Origin: the human T2T-CHM13v2.0 reference genome, Homo sapiens
NCBI RefSeq assembly: GCF_009914755.1
Contig: NC_060927.1
Direction: 5' to 3' (one strand)
Length of the DNA: 64,000 nucleotides
Part shown: positions 14,401-27,362 of the stretch, in pieces
Numbering within the stretch: position 1 is the first letter of the stretch
Layout: every line of letters begins with the position of its first letter
Made by a program: the position numbers and the translations under genes
Notes under the pieces: model-generated
What the model was told of the DNA's origin: nothing
Databases searched by the model: none
What the model saw: the letters and a program-made list of their open reading frames with translations, nothing else

Positions 14401-15389
14401 TACATGTGAGATGGGTCTCTTGAAGACACCAGATGGTTGTTGGGTCTTCTCTTTTTATCCGGCTTGTCAATCTGTTTTGTTAGTGGAGCATTTAGGCGAT
14501 TTACATTCAGAGTTAGTATTGACATGTGAGATTTTGATCCTGTCATTGTGTTTTTAGCTCATTGTTATGGAGGCTTGTGTAGTTGCTTTATAGTGTCTGT
14601 GGGGTATGTGTGTAAGTGTGTTTTTGTGGTTGTAGATATTATTCTTTTGATTCCATGTTTAGCATTCCCTTAAGGACTTCTTAAAGGAGAGATCCTAGGT
14701 AGAGGTCTTAGGTAAAACTGGTCTAGTTGAAATGAATTTCCTCTGTGTTTGCGTGTCTAAGAAGTATTTTATTTATCTTTCAGATATGAAGCCTGGTTTT
14801 GCAGAAAATGAAATTCTTGGTTCGAATTTCTTTTCTTAACAACACTGAAAATAGGCCTCTAATGTCTTACTAGACATTAGAGGTAAAGTTTCTGCCGAGA
14901 TGTCTGCTTCTATCCTGATAGACATCACTCTATATATGATCTGACTCTTCTCTTCTCTTTAGCTGCCTTTAAGATTATTTATTTTGCATTGACCCTGGCT
15001 AATCTGATGTCTTGGGGATTGTTGTCTTGTATAGTACCTAGTTGGGGTCCTCTGTATTTCTTGAATTTGCATGTCACCCTTTCTAGTGAAATTAAGGACA
15101 TTTTCCTGAACAATATTATCAAATATGTTTTTCAAGCTGCTTATTCTCTCTCCTGTCTGAGGGATGTCAATGAGTCCTACACGTGGTTCCTGTACATGAT
15201 CCCATATTTTTCAGATGTTCTGTTTCATTTTAAAATTCTTTTTGCTTTATTATTGTCTAATATTATCTGAAGGTTTCGTCTTTAAGCTCTGAGATTCTTT
15301 CTTCAGTTTGGTGTATTCTGCTGTTAATACTTCCAATTGTATAATGAAATGCTTATAGTAGATATTTTAGCTGTAGAAGTTCAGTTTTG

Positions 15390-15692
15390 TTCTTGTTTGT
15401 TTGTTTGTTTGAGACAGGGTCTCTCTCTGTTGCCCAGGCTGGTGTGCTGTGGCATGACAATAGCTCACTACAGCCTCAACTTCCTGGGCTCAAGTGATTC
15501 ATCCACCTTAGTCTCCTGGGTAGGTGGGACCACAGGCACATGCCACCACACCCATCTAGTTTTTACAAAATTTTCTGCAGAGAGGGAGTCTCACAATATT
15601 TCCCAGGATGGTCTCAAACTCTTGGGCTCAGGAGATCCTTTTGCCTCAGCCTCTTAAAGTGGTGGGATTACAAGCATGAGCCATTTCACTCT
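15390..15692 (-). mobile_element. AluJ inserted in L1
   Basis: gagacagggtctc...ctcctgggctcaagtgat-type J diagnostics; TSD agttttgttctt/agtttggttctt. Confidence 0.9.
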
Positions 15693-17807
15693 TAGTTTGG
15701 TTCTTCTTAAAATGGCAGTTTCAACATTCAGCTCTTGGATTATTTTACTGGATTTCTTGGATTGGGTTTCAACTTTCTCCTGAATATTGATATACTTCTT
15801 TTCCATCCAGATTCCAGACAGAATTCAATGCCTGTCGTTTTCATTATTTCAGACTGGTTAAGAATCATTGCTGGGGACATAGTGAACTTGTTTGAAAGTA
15901 AGAGGACACTCTGGGTTTTTTAATTTCCAGAGTTCTTGAGGTGATTCTGTCTCACCTGGGAAGGATGTTATTTCTTTAACTGGGCTGTAAGTTGGGTAAA
16001 GTCAGTTAAAGTCCTTCTGGATGTTTTCAACTGGCCAAGGCTCTGTACAAGGTTTTTATTTGTGATTGAATTATTGCCCTTGTTTTCGCAGGGGGTGATA
16101 TAAGCAAAATATTTTTAGTGTTGGACCTTAGGCTGCAATCCAGTAGATGGCACTTAGGAGTAATGGGTGGTTGATATGCTCTTACCCGCCTACATGACTT
16201 CTTTGTATTTCCTCATGTTTGCAGTTGTGCTGTGAAGTTCACAAGAGAGAGAGGTGACCCCCTCACAGGTCTACTCCTGGGCCTTGGGTGAGGTCCCTCC
16301 AATCACTAGCAATGTTCCTGCAATTCTTTTGGTAGGTGTTCAAGGCCACAGGGTTCCCTCAGGCAGAGGCTGCAGCAGGGAGATAGGGCATATCCTTTCT
16401 AGACCATCCCTGTGGAGGGAGGCATGCCCCATTCCTATGCCAGCCAACAAGCCTATGCATCTCACTCCTCTCAGAGCTCTGAGAATGTGGGCTGATCCTT
16501 TGCTTGGGTGCTGGCTGCAGATCTTGGCTTAGCACTCCTGACCTGTTCACTGCAGCCCTGGAGCACCAAGACTGGCTTGCAGTTCCACCATCTAGACTCT
16601 CAGGGTTAGGTTCCAGGTAAACTGTGGGATCTGAAATTTTCCCAGGCCACCAAAAATGTATTCAGGTAAAAGAGTTCACCCAAGCTGGGCAGCAGAGGCT
16701 GCCCTGTCTACATACTCCTGAGGGGAGACATACAGGGACCCTGGGAGGGACTGCTGAGCAGGAGGGTCTGCAGAACAAATGTGCTTCAGTCTCATGGAGG
16801 AATTAGGCCCACTTCCTCCTGGCTTAGTGATTAGTTGGGGCTAGAGCTTCTTAGAGGGAAATGAGGAAATGAGTGCTTTTGGATACAAAGGCCCCTGGCT
16901 CCACACCAGTTGAAGCCCTGTCTCTGTCTGCTCTCCTAGAAGATCCTCCTGCCAGATCAAATGTCCACTGGGGTTGTGCACTCACCTCTAGCTAGATTCC
17001 CAGAGATCCTTGGCAACAGTGGAAAGCCCCACGATTCATTCATTCACCCCTTCCTTATGAACCATTTGGATCTTGGAACCAGTCCTAGTGTTTGGGTACC
17101 CCATGGAGGGTTGCTAGCTTCCTCCTTCTTCAGCCTCAGTGTCTGTGCTGTGTCTCCATCCCTCTCTTGCCAATTTCTCTCTGAAGATCTATTCAAATTA
17201 TGTTGGTTTATTCAAATTTTTGCTCTCTCTTTGTTGGAGCAGTACTTCCTGTCTGTGTCTAGTCATAGCCATCTTGTCCCTCCTTCTATGTTTTATGTTA
17301 TAATTAGTCAAATTTATCAGTGAAGCCAGTTGATCATAACATTTTACCTGTGAAAACGCTTTTAGTTAGACATTTCAATTTTTTCATAGATCCAAGATAA
17401 TTTTTAAATTATCTTCTGTATCATTTGAGTAAGTTGAGTTTTTCTAAGAATGCTTTTTCACTACTGTGTAGCATCAAGTTGCTCATTATGTCTCTTTATT
17501 ATATTATTAACATTTAGACTATATATAGTAATGTTCCTGTTTTTAATTCCTAATATTGATTTTGTATTTTTTAAATTCTTAATCAGTCTTAACAAAATTT
17601 TATAAATCCATTGTGTATCAGAGAAGCAGTTTTTACTGATTTTGATTCTTTCTGCTATGCTCTGATTGTTGTTATTTTTTTATCAGTCACTATTGTAAAC
17701 TTTATTTTCATTTCTATCTTTCCACTTGGTTTACTTTTCTCTTTTTAAATTACTGTCTTTCTATATTTTAATTCTATATTTTTCTGTATTTTCATTCTGT
17801 TTGTGTA

Positions 17808-18882
17808 TTATTTTATCTTGAAATAATTATTGATTTACACAAAACTTTGGGAAATAATAGAGGGAGGTTTCCTGTACCCGTTACTCAGTTTATACCAGTG
17901 CTAACATCTAACATAACAATAGTAAAATATTACTATTAGAAAATTGACATTGGTATAGTACACCAACTTTATTAGTATTTTCTCAAATTTACTTGCATGC
18001 ATATACACATTTAGTTCTACACAAATTTGTTACATGTAAAATCTATATAACCGCCTGAGTTAAGATAGAGAACTGTACAATCTTCACAAGGATTCTTTTT
18101 GATAGCCATATCAATCTTTGCCTCTATCCCTTGGTCCTTAGTTCCTGGAAACCAGTAATTTTCTTAGCATCTCTATAATTTTGTCAGTTCAAGAATGTTA
18201 TATAAATGGAATTACACCGTACGTAACTTTTTAAAATGGACTTCTGTCACTTGGTGCAATGCCTTTGAGATTTATCAGGTCATTTTATATATTAATAGTC
18301 CTCTCCTTTCTATTACTAGTATTCTGTAGTATGGATGTAGCAGAGTTGATTAATCATTCACCCACTGAAGGACATTTGAATTGTTTCCAGTGTGGTGCTT
18401 TTATAATAAAACTACAATGAACATTTAAACTACTTTAAAACATGGGTTTTAAAGTAAACATAAGTTTTCATTTTCCTGGAAAAAATACTTATTATGAACT
18501 GAATGTTTGTGTCCTCTCAAAGTTCTTATTATGACGTGGAGCATTTGAGAAGTAATCATGTTTAGATCACGTCATGAGAGTGGATACCTCATGATAGAAT
18601 CAGTTCCCTTATACGAACAGACAACAAAGCACTTGCTTTCTCTGTTTCTGCCATGTGAAGATACAGCAAGAAGCTGGTCATCAGTAAGCCAGGAAGAGAG
18701 CCCCACCAGGGATCTGAAGCAGCTGGCATCTTGATCGTGGATTTCACAGACCTCAGAACAATAAGATATAAATCCTTTTGTTTAAGCCACCAAGTCTCTG
18801 ATATTTTGTTATGGCAGCCTAAGCTGACTGAAATAATGCCAAAAGTTGCAAAAATGCAACTGCTATGTCATATGGTAAGCTG
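17808..18882 (-). mobile_element. L1MC-type 3' end, interrupted by MLT1
   Basis: gaaataattattgatttacacaaaac...aagaatgttatataaatggaattacaccgtacgtaactttt...gtcatatggtaag. Confidence 0.75.
18490..18832 (+). mobile_element. MLT1A/B-type MaLR LTR
   Basis: tatgaactgaatgtttgtgtcc...gccatgtgaagatacagcaagaag...ttgttatggcagcctaagctgact. Confidence 0.8.
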
Positions 18883-19830
18883 TAAAAGAACCCTAACCTC
18901 AACCTCACACTCTATACAAAAATTAACTGAAAATTCATCATAGACTTAAATTTAAAAATGTTAAAGTACATATCTTTTTTAGGAAAACTATAGAGAAAAT
19001 CTTTGGGAACTAAGATTTAGTGAAGAAATCTTGAACGTAACACCAAAAGAATGATTCTTAAAATTAGGCTGGAAGTGGTGGCTCACGCTTGTAATCCCAG
19101 CACTTTGGGAGTCCAAGGCAGGCGGATCACGAGGTCAGGAGATTGAGACCATCCTGGCTAACACAGTGAAACCCCGTCTATACTAAAAATACAGAAACAT
19201 TAGCCAGGCATGGTGGCGGGCGCCCGTAGTCCCAGCTACTCAGGAGGCTGAGGCAGGAGAATGGCGTGAACCTAGGAGGCAGAGCTTTCAGTGAGCCAAG
19301 ATCGCACCACTGCACTCCAGCCTGGGTGACAGAGCAAGACTCCATCTCAAAAAAAAAAAAGAAAAAGAAAAAGAAAAGGAAAATTTGGACCCTATCTAAA
19401 CTAAAAATTTTTCTTCTGCAAAAGCCTTGCCAAGAACAACAAGGTACAGACTAGGCAAAAATATGTAAAAAACACATAATTGGCAAAGGACTTGTATTTG
19501 TAATTTATTAAAGCATTATCAAAATTCAACAATAATCAAGCCAATTAGAAAACAAATTACAGAAACAGATATTTTAGTGGAAAAGTTATAAAAGTGGCAA
19601 CAAAAACACACGTGAAAAGATATTTAATAGCATTTACCATTAGGTAAATAAAATGTAAACCACAATGAGATACTACTGGATACCTATCAGAATGACAAAA
19701 GTAGAAAACAGGGATGACATCAAATGTTGACAAGGATGCAGAGAAACAGTATCGCTTATACACTAATGGAGGAAACAAAGTGGTACTCTTTAAAGTGCCA
19801 CTCTTGAAAATAGTTTGGAGGCTTCTTATT
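18883..19830 (+). mobile_element. L1M ORF2 C-terminal segment in inverted orientation (probable 5' inversion of the L1MC)
   Basis: cctcacactctatacaaaaattaac...ccacaatgagatactac...gaaaatagtttggaggcttcttat. Confidence 0.7.
19067..19380 (+). mobile_element. AluY-like
   Basis: gagaccatcctggctaacac and ggagaatggcgtgaacc diagnostics; A-rich tail. Confidence 0.93.
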
Positions 19831-20101
19831 CTATAGATTTTAAACAACACGAGATATTAATATTATCCTTTAGGGCTTCACATTCAGTTAATATCAATTT
19901 GTATTTACTCTTCTATTTACATTTTCAGTTACTTTTCATTTGTTTCTACAAATTTTGTTTTTTGTATGGAATAATTTTCCTTCTGCCTAGAGACTTCACT
20001 TAGTATTCCTTAGTGCCTGTCAGCTGGTGAAAATTTCTCTCATATTTTGAATTTATTTTCTTTAAATATATTTACTATCTTAATTTATTGAAGTTATTTT
20101 A

Positions 20102-20219
20102 AGCTGGGTGCAGTGGCTTATGCTGACAATCCCAGCACTTTGGGAGGCCGAGGCAGGTGGATCACGAGGTCAGGAGTTCAAGATCAACCTGTCCAAGACG
20201 GTGAAACCCCGTCTCTACT

Positions 20220-20258
<39 letters not shown>

Positions 20259-20423
20259 TTAGCTGGGCATGGTGGCAGGTGCCTGTAATCCCAGCTACTT
20301 GGGAAGCTGAGGCAGGGGACTTGCTTGAACCTGGGCAGCAGAGGTTGCAGTGAGCCGAGAGAGCCACTGCACTCCAGCCTGGGTGATGGAGTGAGACTCT
20401 GTCAAAAAAAAAAAAAAAAAAAA
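20102..20423 (+). mobile_element. AluS with a (CA)17 microsatellite in the central linker
   Basis: Alu dimer; CA run at 20223-20256; TSD aagttattttaa/aagctatgttaa. Confidence 0.93.
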
Positions 20424-23400
20424 GCTATGTTAAAGGACGTAGAGTCCTGTATTGGTAGTTGCTTTCTTTTATACTACTTTAAGTATCAAATCAGCTTTTA
20501 AAAACTATTTATTAGACAATTTCAGAAAATTCTCAGTCTCTCTAGCTCCCAGACAACATTTTTAGACACAGTCTGGGCCAGAAGGAAACCCATTGCCTTG
20601 AAGGAATGGACCCAGTCCTGCTAGCATTTATCACCTGCTAACCTGAATAGCCCTTGGGCCCTGAATAATATCAGCGATACCCAGGTACTGCATTAAGGGC
20701 TTTGGTGAGCTTCTGAGACTTTCTGGCTTCAGAAAAGAGTCAGAACATTACCATCCATGGTGGCTATGGGGCAAAATTCCTTCTGCTTGAGAAGAGCAGA
20801 GGGAAAAGTAAAAGGGACTTTGTGTTGCGCTTTGGGGGCCAACAACACTGCCACAAGAGGGTATCACACCAAGCAGGCTCTTGGGGTTCTCAGTTTCAAG
20901 ACTTGATACTTGGATGGCATTTCTGGACCTGCTATGGACCAGAGGGAAGCCCAGTACCCTGAAGGGTGAGTCCCAGGCCAGTCATCATTCCCTACAAGCT
21001 GACATAAGAGAGGCCTTGGGCCTTAAGGGAACATGGATGCAGTTTGGCAATACACCTCATGGCCAGGGATGGCAGTGGATATGGGGTAAGGCTTCTTTGC
21101 CTTTGGAAAGGGAGGGAAGAGTAGGAAGAACTGCATCTTCTGGTTTGAGTGTCAGCTCAGCTGCAATACAATAGAACACCAGGTAGGTTTTTGACTATAG
21201 TCCCTGACTCCTGAACAACACTTCTGGACCAACCTGAGGCCTGGGGGACCTCGCTGCCTTGAAGGGAAGAACATCGGCTCGGTTGGCTTTGCCACCTGGG
21301 GCTGATAGTAGAGCCCCAGGGCCTTCAGCAAACATGGGAAGTAGCCAGGGAGTGGTTACAGTAGGCCTTGGGTGAGACCCAGGGCTGTACTGACTTTGGA
21401 TCTGACCCAGTGCAGTAATAGTGATGATGACCACAGGGGTTCTCATGCCCCTCCATCCCCAGCTTTAGGTGACTTAGAACAGAGACAGAGACTGTATGTT
21501 TGGGAGCAAGTAAGGAAAGAGAACAAGAGTATCTTCCTGGTAATCCAGAGAATTCTCCTGGGTCTTGTCCATGACCTTCAAGGAGGTGCCTCTATGAGTT
21601 TGCAAGAACCACGGCATTACTGGACTTTGGCTGCCCTCTAAAGCAGAAATAGCTTAGATCACAACACCCAAGTCATTTCAAATATCTGGAAAGCCTTCAA
21701 AAGAAGGATGGCTACAAATAAGGCCATACAGAGACGACTACAATAAACACCTAACTCTTCAATGGTCAGACACTGAAGAACATGTACTAATATCAACACC
21801 ATTGATGAAAAAATAACCTCAAAAAATGAACTAAATAAGACATCAGGGACCAATCTGGAGAAACAGAGATATGTGACCTTTTTGGCAGATAATTCAAAAT
21901 AGCTGCATTGAGGAAACTCAAGCAAATTCAAGATAACACAAAGGAGGAATTCAGAATTCTATAAGATAAATTTAACAAATAGATGGAAATAAATTTTAAA
22001 AAGTAAACCAGAAATTCTGGAGCTGAAATGCAATTGGCATACTGTAGAATGCATCAGAGTTCTTTAATTGCAGAATGGATCAAGCAAAAGAAAGAATGAG
22101 TGAGCTTGAGCTTGAAGACAGGCTATTAGAAAACACACAGTCAGAGGAGACAAAAGAAAAAGAATAAAAAGCAATTAAGTATGCCTACGGGATTTAGAAA
22201 ATAGCTCCAAATGGGCAAATCTAAGAGTTATTGGCCTTAAAGAGTAGGTAGAGAAAGAGATAGATTTAGAAAGTTTATTCAAAAAGATAAAAAAGAACTT
22301 CCCAAACCTAGAGAAGGATATCAATATCCAAGTACAAGAAGGTTATAGAACAACAAGCAGATTTAACACAAAGAAGACTACCTCAAAATCCCAAAGATCA
22401 AGGATAAAGAAAGGACCCTAAAAGCAGCAAGAGAAAAGAAACAAATTACATAATGGAGCTGCAATATGTCTGGCAGCAGACTTTTCAGTGGAAACCTTAC
22501 AGGCCAGGAGAGAGTGGCATGACACATTTAAAGTGCTGAAGAAATAAAGTTTTACCCTGGAATAGTATATCCAGTGAACATATCTTTCAAACATGAAGGA
22601 GAAATAAAGACTCTCCCAGACAAACAAAAGCTGAGGGATTTCATCAATACCAGACCAGTCCTACAAGAAATGCTAAAGGGAGTACTTTGATCAGAAAGAA
22701 AAGGAAGGAAGAGAAGACCACAAAACAACCAGAAAACAAATAATAAAACAGCAAGAGTAAGTTCTTTTACTTATCATTAATAACTGATTGTAAGTGGACT
22801 AGAGTCTCTAACCAAGAGACATAGACTAGCTGAATGGATAAAATAACAAGACTCATTGATCTTTTGCCCACAAGAAATACACTTCAACTATAAAGACACA
22901 TATAGACTGAAAATGCAGGGATTGAGAAAGGTATTCCATGCCAATGAAAACCAAAAAAGAGCAGGAGTCACTATACTTAGACAAAAGAGAGTACAAGACA
23001 AAAACAATAAGAAGAGATGAAGAAGGTCACTACATAGTGGTAAAGGGTCAATTCAGCAAAAAGATATAACAATTTTAAATATATATGCACCCAAGACAGG
23101 AGCACGCAGATATATAGGAAACATTATTGGAGCTAAAGAGAGAAAGGTCCCAATACAATAATAGCTGGAGACTTCAACACCCCACTTTCACCATTGGACA
23201 GAACTTCCAGAAAGAATCAACAAAGAAATGTTGGACTTCATCTGCAGTATAGACCAAACAGATCTAATAGATATTTACAGAACATTTATCCAAGAGCTGC
23301 AAAATACACATTATTTTTCTCAGCATGTGGATTATTCTCAAGGAGACACTATATGTTAGGTCACAAAGTAAGTCTTAAGACTTTCAAATAAATTGAAATA

Positions 23401-25414
23401 ATATCAAGCATCTTCTCTGACAAAAATGGAACAAAACTAGAAATTCTTAAAAGAGGAATTTAGGATAATATATAAATACATGAAAATTAAACAATATGCT
23501 CCTGAATGTCCAGTGGGTCAATGAAAATATTAATAAGTAAATTGAAAAATTTCTTGAAGCAAATAATAATGGAAACATAACATATCAAAATGTATGGGAT
23601 ACAGCAAAAGCAGTAATAAGAGGAAAATTTATAAGTATAAGTGCTTACCTCAAAAAAGAGGAAAATTTTCAAATAAACAATGTAAGGATGCATCTAAAAA
23701 ATATAGAAAAGCAAGAACAAACCAAGCTCAAAATTGGTAGAAGAAAAGAAATAATAAAGATCAGAGGTGAAAGAAATGAAATTGACATGAAAAGAAAATA
23801 CAAAAGATTAATGAAACAAAAAGTTGGTTTTTGAAAAGTTAAACAAAAGTGGCAAACTTTTAGCCAGACTAAGAAAAAAAGTGAGAAGATCCAAATAAAC
23901 AAAATCAGGAAAAAGGAGACATTGCAAATGTTACTGCAGAAATTCAAGGATTATTAGGGGCTACTGTGAGCAACTATATGCCAAAAAATTGGAAAATCTA
24001 GAAGAAATGGACAAATTCCTAGATATATACAACCTACCAAGGTTGAATCAGGAAAAAAATAATCCAACACCTGAACAGACCAGTAACAAGTAATGTGCTC
24101 AAAGCTATGATAAAAAGTCTTCCACTAAAGAAAAGCCCGGGACCTGATGGCTTCATTGCTATATTCTACCAAACATTTAAAAAATATCTAATACTAATAC
24201 AATTCAAACTATTCCAAAAAATAGAGGAGGAGGGAATACTTCCAAACTCATTTTATGAGGCCCATATTACCCTGATACTAAAACCAGACAAAGACACATG
24301 AATGAAAGAAATCTACAGGGCAGTAACACTGATGAATATTGATGCAGAAATCCTCAACAAAGTACTAGCAAACAAAATTAAACAATGTATTAGAAAGATG
24401 ATCCACCATGAGCAAGTGGGATTTATCTCTGGGATGCAAGGGTGATTAAACATGCACAAATCAATCAACATGATACATCATATCAACAGAATGAGGGATA
24501 AAAACCATATGATGCATCTAAAATATCTAGAAAAGCAAAAGCAAAGCTCAAAATCAATTATACACCATATCAACAGAATAAAGGAAAAAAACCATGTGAT
24601 CATTTTAATTGATGATGAAAAAGTATTTGATAAACTTCAACATAACTTCATGAAAAAACCCTCAAGAAACTGGGGATAGAAGGAACATACCTCAACATAA
24701 TGAAAGCCATATACAACAGACCCACCAGTAGTACCATAATGAATGATTACAAACTTAAAAAGCCTTTTCTCTAAGATCTGGAACATGACAAGGATGCCCA
24801 CTGCCATCAATGTTACTCAACATACTACTGGAAGTTCTAGCTGGAACAATCAGAAAAGAGAATGAAATAAAGGGCATCCAAATTGGAAAGAAAAAAGTCA
24901 AATTATCCTTGCTTGCAGATGATATGATCTTATATTTAGAAAAACCTGACTCCACAAGAAAAACTGTAAGAATTGATAGACAAATTCAGTAAAGTTTATG
25001 GATGCAAAATCAACATACAAAAATCAGTACCATTTCTATATGTTAACAATAAACAACGCGAAAAAGAAATAAAAAAGTAATCCCATTTACAATGGCCATA
25101 CATAAAACTAAATAGCTAGGAATTGACCAAAGAAGTGAAAGATCTCTATAATGGAAAGTATAGAAAACTAATAAGGGAAACTGAAGAGGGAGCCAAAAAT
25201 TGAAAAGTATTTTATATTCATGGATTGGAAGAATTAACATTGTTAAAATGTTCATAATACCCAAAGCAATCTTTGGGATTCGATGCAATGTCTATCAAAA
25301 TATCAATGGCATTCTTTAGAAAAATAGAAAAATAATCCTAAAATGTATATGGAACCTCAAAAGACCCGGAATAATCAAAGATATCCTAAGCAAAAAGAAC
25401 AAAACTTGAAGAAT

Positions 25415-26112
25415 TGTAATGGTAAAGGTTCTTGCATTAGCCACGCCAAAGAATTGGTGTGGCGGCTGCTTGGGGTGAGTGATGGAGACACAGACTAACA
25501 GAAAAAAAGCTGTAGGCTTTATTGAGCAGAGTGACAGTACAAAAATTCTACAGCGTGGAAGGGATCCTGAGCAGGTGGACACTGTTGGTTTTGGGTGATT
25601 GCCTTTTAAACTCTTTAAGGTGGAACTACGTGCAGCGGGAAGATGTTACTAGAGCGAGAAACAAAGGCAGTAAATTATTTTGTGATATGTCTTAGATTTT
25701 GAGGAAAACTGGAATGGCAAATTAGGTTTTATTTACTTTATGACTTTGCAGCAGCATGGCAAAGGAGACAGGATCTTACAGAACTTTACGAAGTATGTTT
25801 ACAAGGAATTGGAATCAGGAGCATAGATAAGTTCTGCTGGTCACAGAGAAATGGGCATTTAACATTCTTTTTAGTTTCAGGGGAGAGGGAAGGGAGAAAG
25901 GGAGAGAGGACACAGGGATGCTTAGAGCAAAATATTCGCTGTTTATAGCTTTCTTGGGGAAGAAAACACACGCACAAATCCTGGTGTTAGGAAAATTTTA
26001 AGCATATATCTTTAATATTATTTATCCAGAACCAAAGGAAATCCTGATGCAGGAAATGAGTGAGTTTCACTGCTTTCTGAGCCCCAGGAAGCCTGGCTAG
26101 CACCTCCTCTCA
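25415..26112 (-). repeat. 3' LTR (LTR30-like)
   Basis: Direct repeat of 30182-30885; minus strand reads TGAGAG...TTACA; purine tract agagggggcac immediately upstream (26113-26123). Confidence 0.9.
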
Positions 26113-26129
26113 GTGCCCCCTCTAAACAG

Positions 26130-26580
26130 AACACGTTAACCGCTGTTGGGAACTGGGTGGCGGTCGTTCTGGCTACTTCCTGCTGGTTAGGGGCGAAGAA
26201 GGGGACTTGCAGTTGTGATGTCTTTCAGAGGGCAACTTTCTAGGCTAGTGAAGGACCATCGGGTCAATCCAGGGGTCCTCAGTAGAAGCCGTGAGTTGAG
26301 CTCATTTGAGGTTCCGTTTGTAAGACTATTTGTAGCTTGATGGCCTCGATCTTGGAGGAAACAAATTTGACAAGGAGGTTAAAAATGCAAGGCCTAAAGG
26401 CAAGTAATAGTAGGATGGCTATTACAGGGCCTAGAAAGGGAGGAGCTAAGGTATCTATTGGTTCAACATATTCTAGGGTCTTGAGTGTTTAAGCTCCTTT
26501 TTTTTTTACTTTCTATCCGTTTTCTTATTTCTTTGACCTTTTTAGTAATGATTTCTGATTGGTTAATGAAATAGCAATGT
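26130..26580 (-). pseudogene. env: env TM C-terminal remnant (syncytin-1/HERV-W-like)
   Basis: Translates CYFINQSEIITKKVKEIRKRI...Q*IP*LLPFLGP, compared with HERV-W TM CCYYVNQSGIVTEKVKEIR...QWMPWILPFLGP. Confidence 0.88.
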
Positions 26581-27362
26581 GGACTGGGAGTTAGAGTGCA
26601 GGGGAGTGCAGAAGAAGGCATCTTTGAGGTCTAAAACAGTGAACTACTTTGCTTTTTTTGATATCTGAGAGAGTAGTATATAGAGGTTGGGTACAGCAGG
26701 ATTTAAAGGAATTACTGCCTTATTGATGATTCTGAGGTCTTGCACTAGTCTCTACTATTTGGTTTTTGGATTCTTAGGATTGGGGTGTTGCAAGAACCGC
26801 TAGATTTTTTTACTAAGCCTTGAGCTTTTAAATGTCTAACAATATCTTGTAATCCTTCGTGAGCTTCAGGCCTTAAGGGATATTGCCTTTGATAAGGAAA
26901 AGTGCTGAGGTCTTTTAGCCTGATTTGAACTGGATGGGCATTCTTTGCCTTTCTAAATTGTCCTTTTAAGGCCTAGACTTCAGGGTTGATTCTTTTTTTA
27001 AGTAGGGGACAATAGATGGGTAATTTATTCTTTATATTTATGTAGCTAATAGCCTCAGCTTTGGCTAATATGTTCTTTCTTAATAAGGATGTGGGACTTT
27101 CGGGAATAACAAGAAAGGCACATGAAAGGAGCAAAGTCTCTTAATTGCAGCTGAGGAGGCAAGAGAAACACCTAGTTACAGGCTGTCTTAAGAGTCCTCG
27201 GATAGTAACGGACTTTGAGGACAGTCGTTTGGGGCAGGAGATTAAAACTGAGAAGGCCTTGCTAGTGTTCAGGAGGAAGTCCGCTTCCTGGCCTTTAATG
27301 GTCAAACTTACCTGGGTCTCTGTGGGGATGATGGCATGAACTGGAGCTTGCCTTGGGCACCT
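26581..27362 (-). pseudogene. pol: pro plus N-terminal RT remnant
   Basis: DFLLNTSKAFSVL (protease DTG site), INPEV*A, RLVQDLRIINKAV, FTVLDLKDAFFC. Confidence 0.9.

Noticed and set aside
26130-26580. Syncytin-like env as a domesticated gene
   Set aside because: Only the TM tail remains, with three in-frame TAG stops and no SU or fusion peptide.
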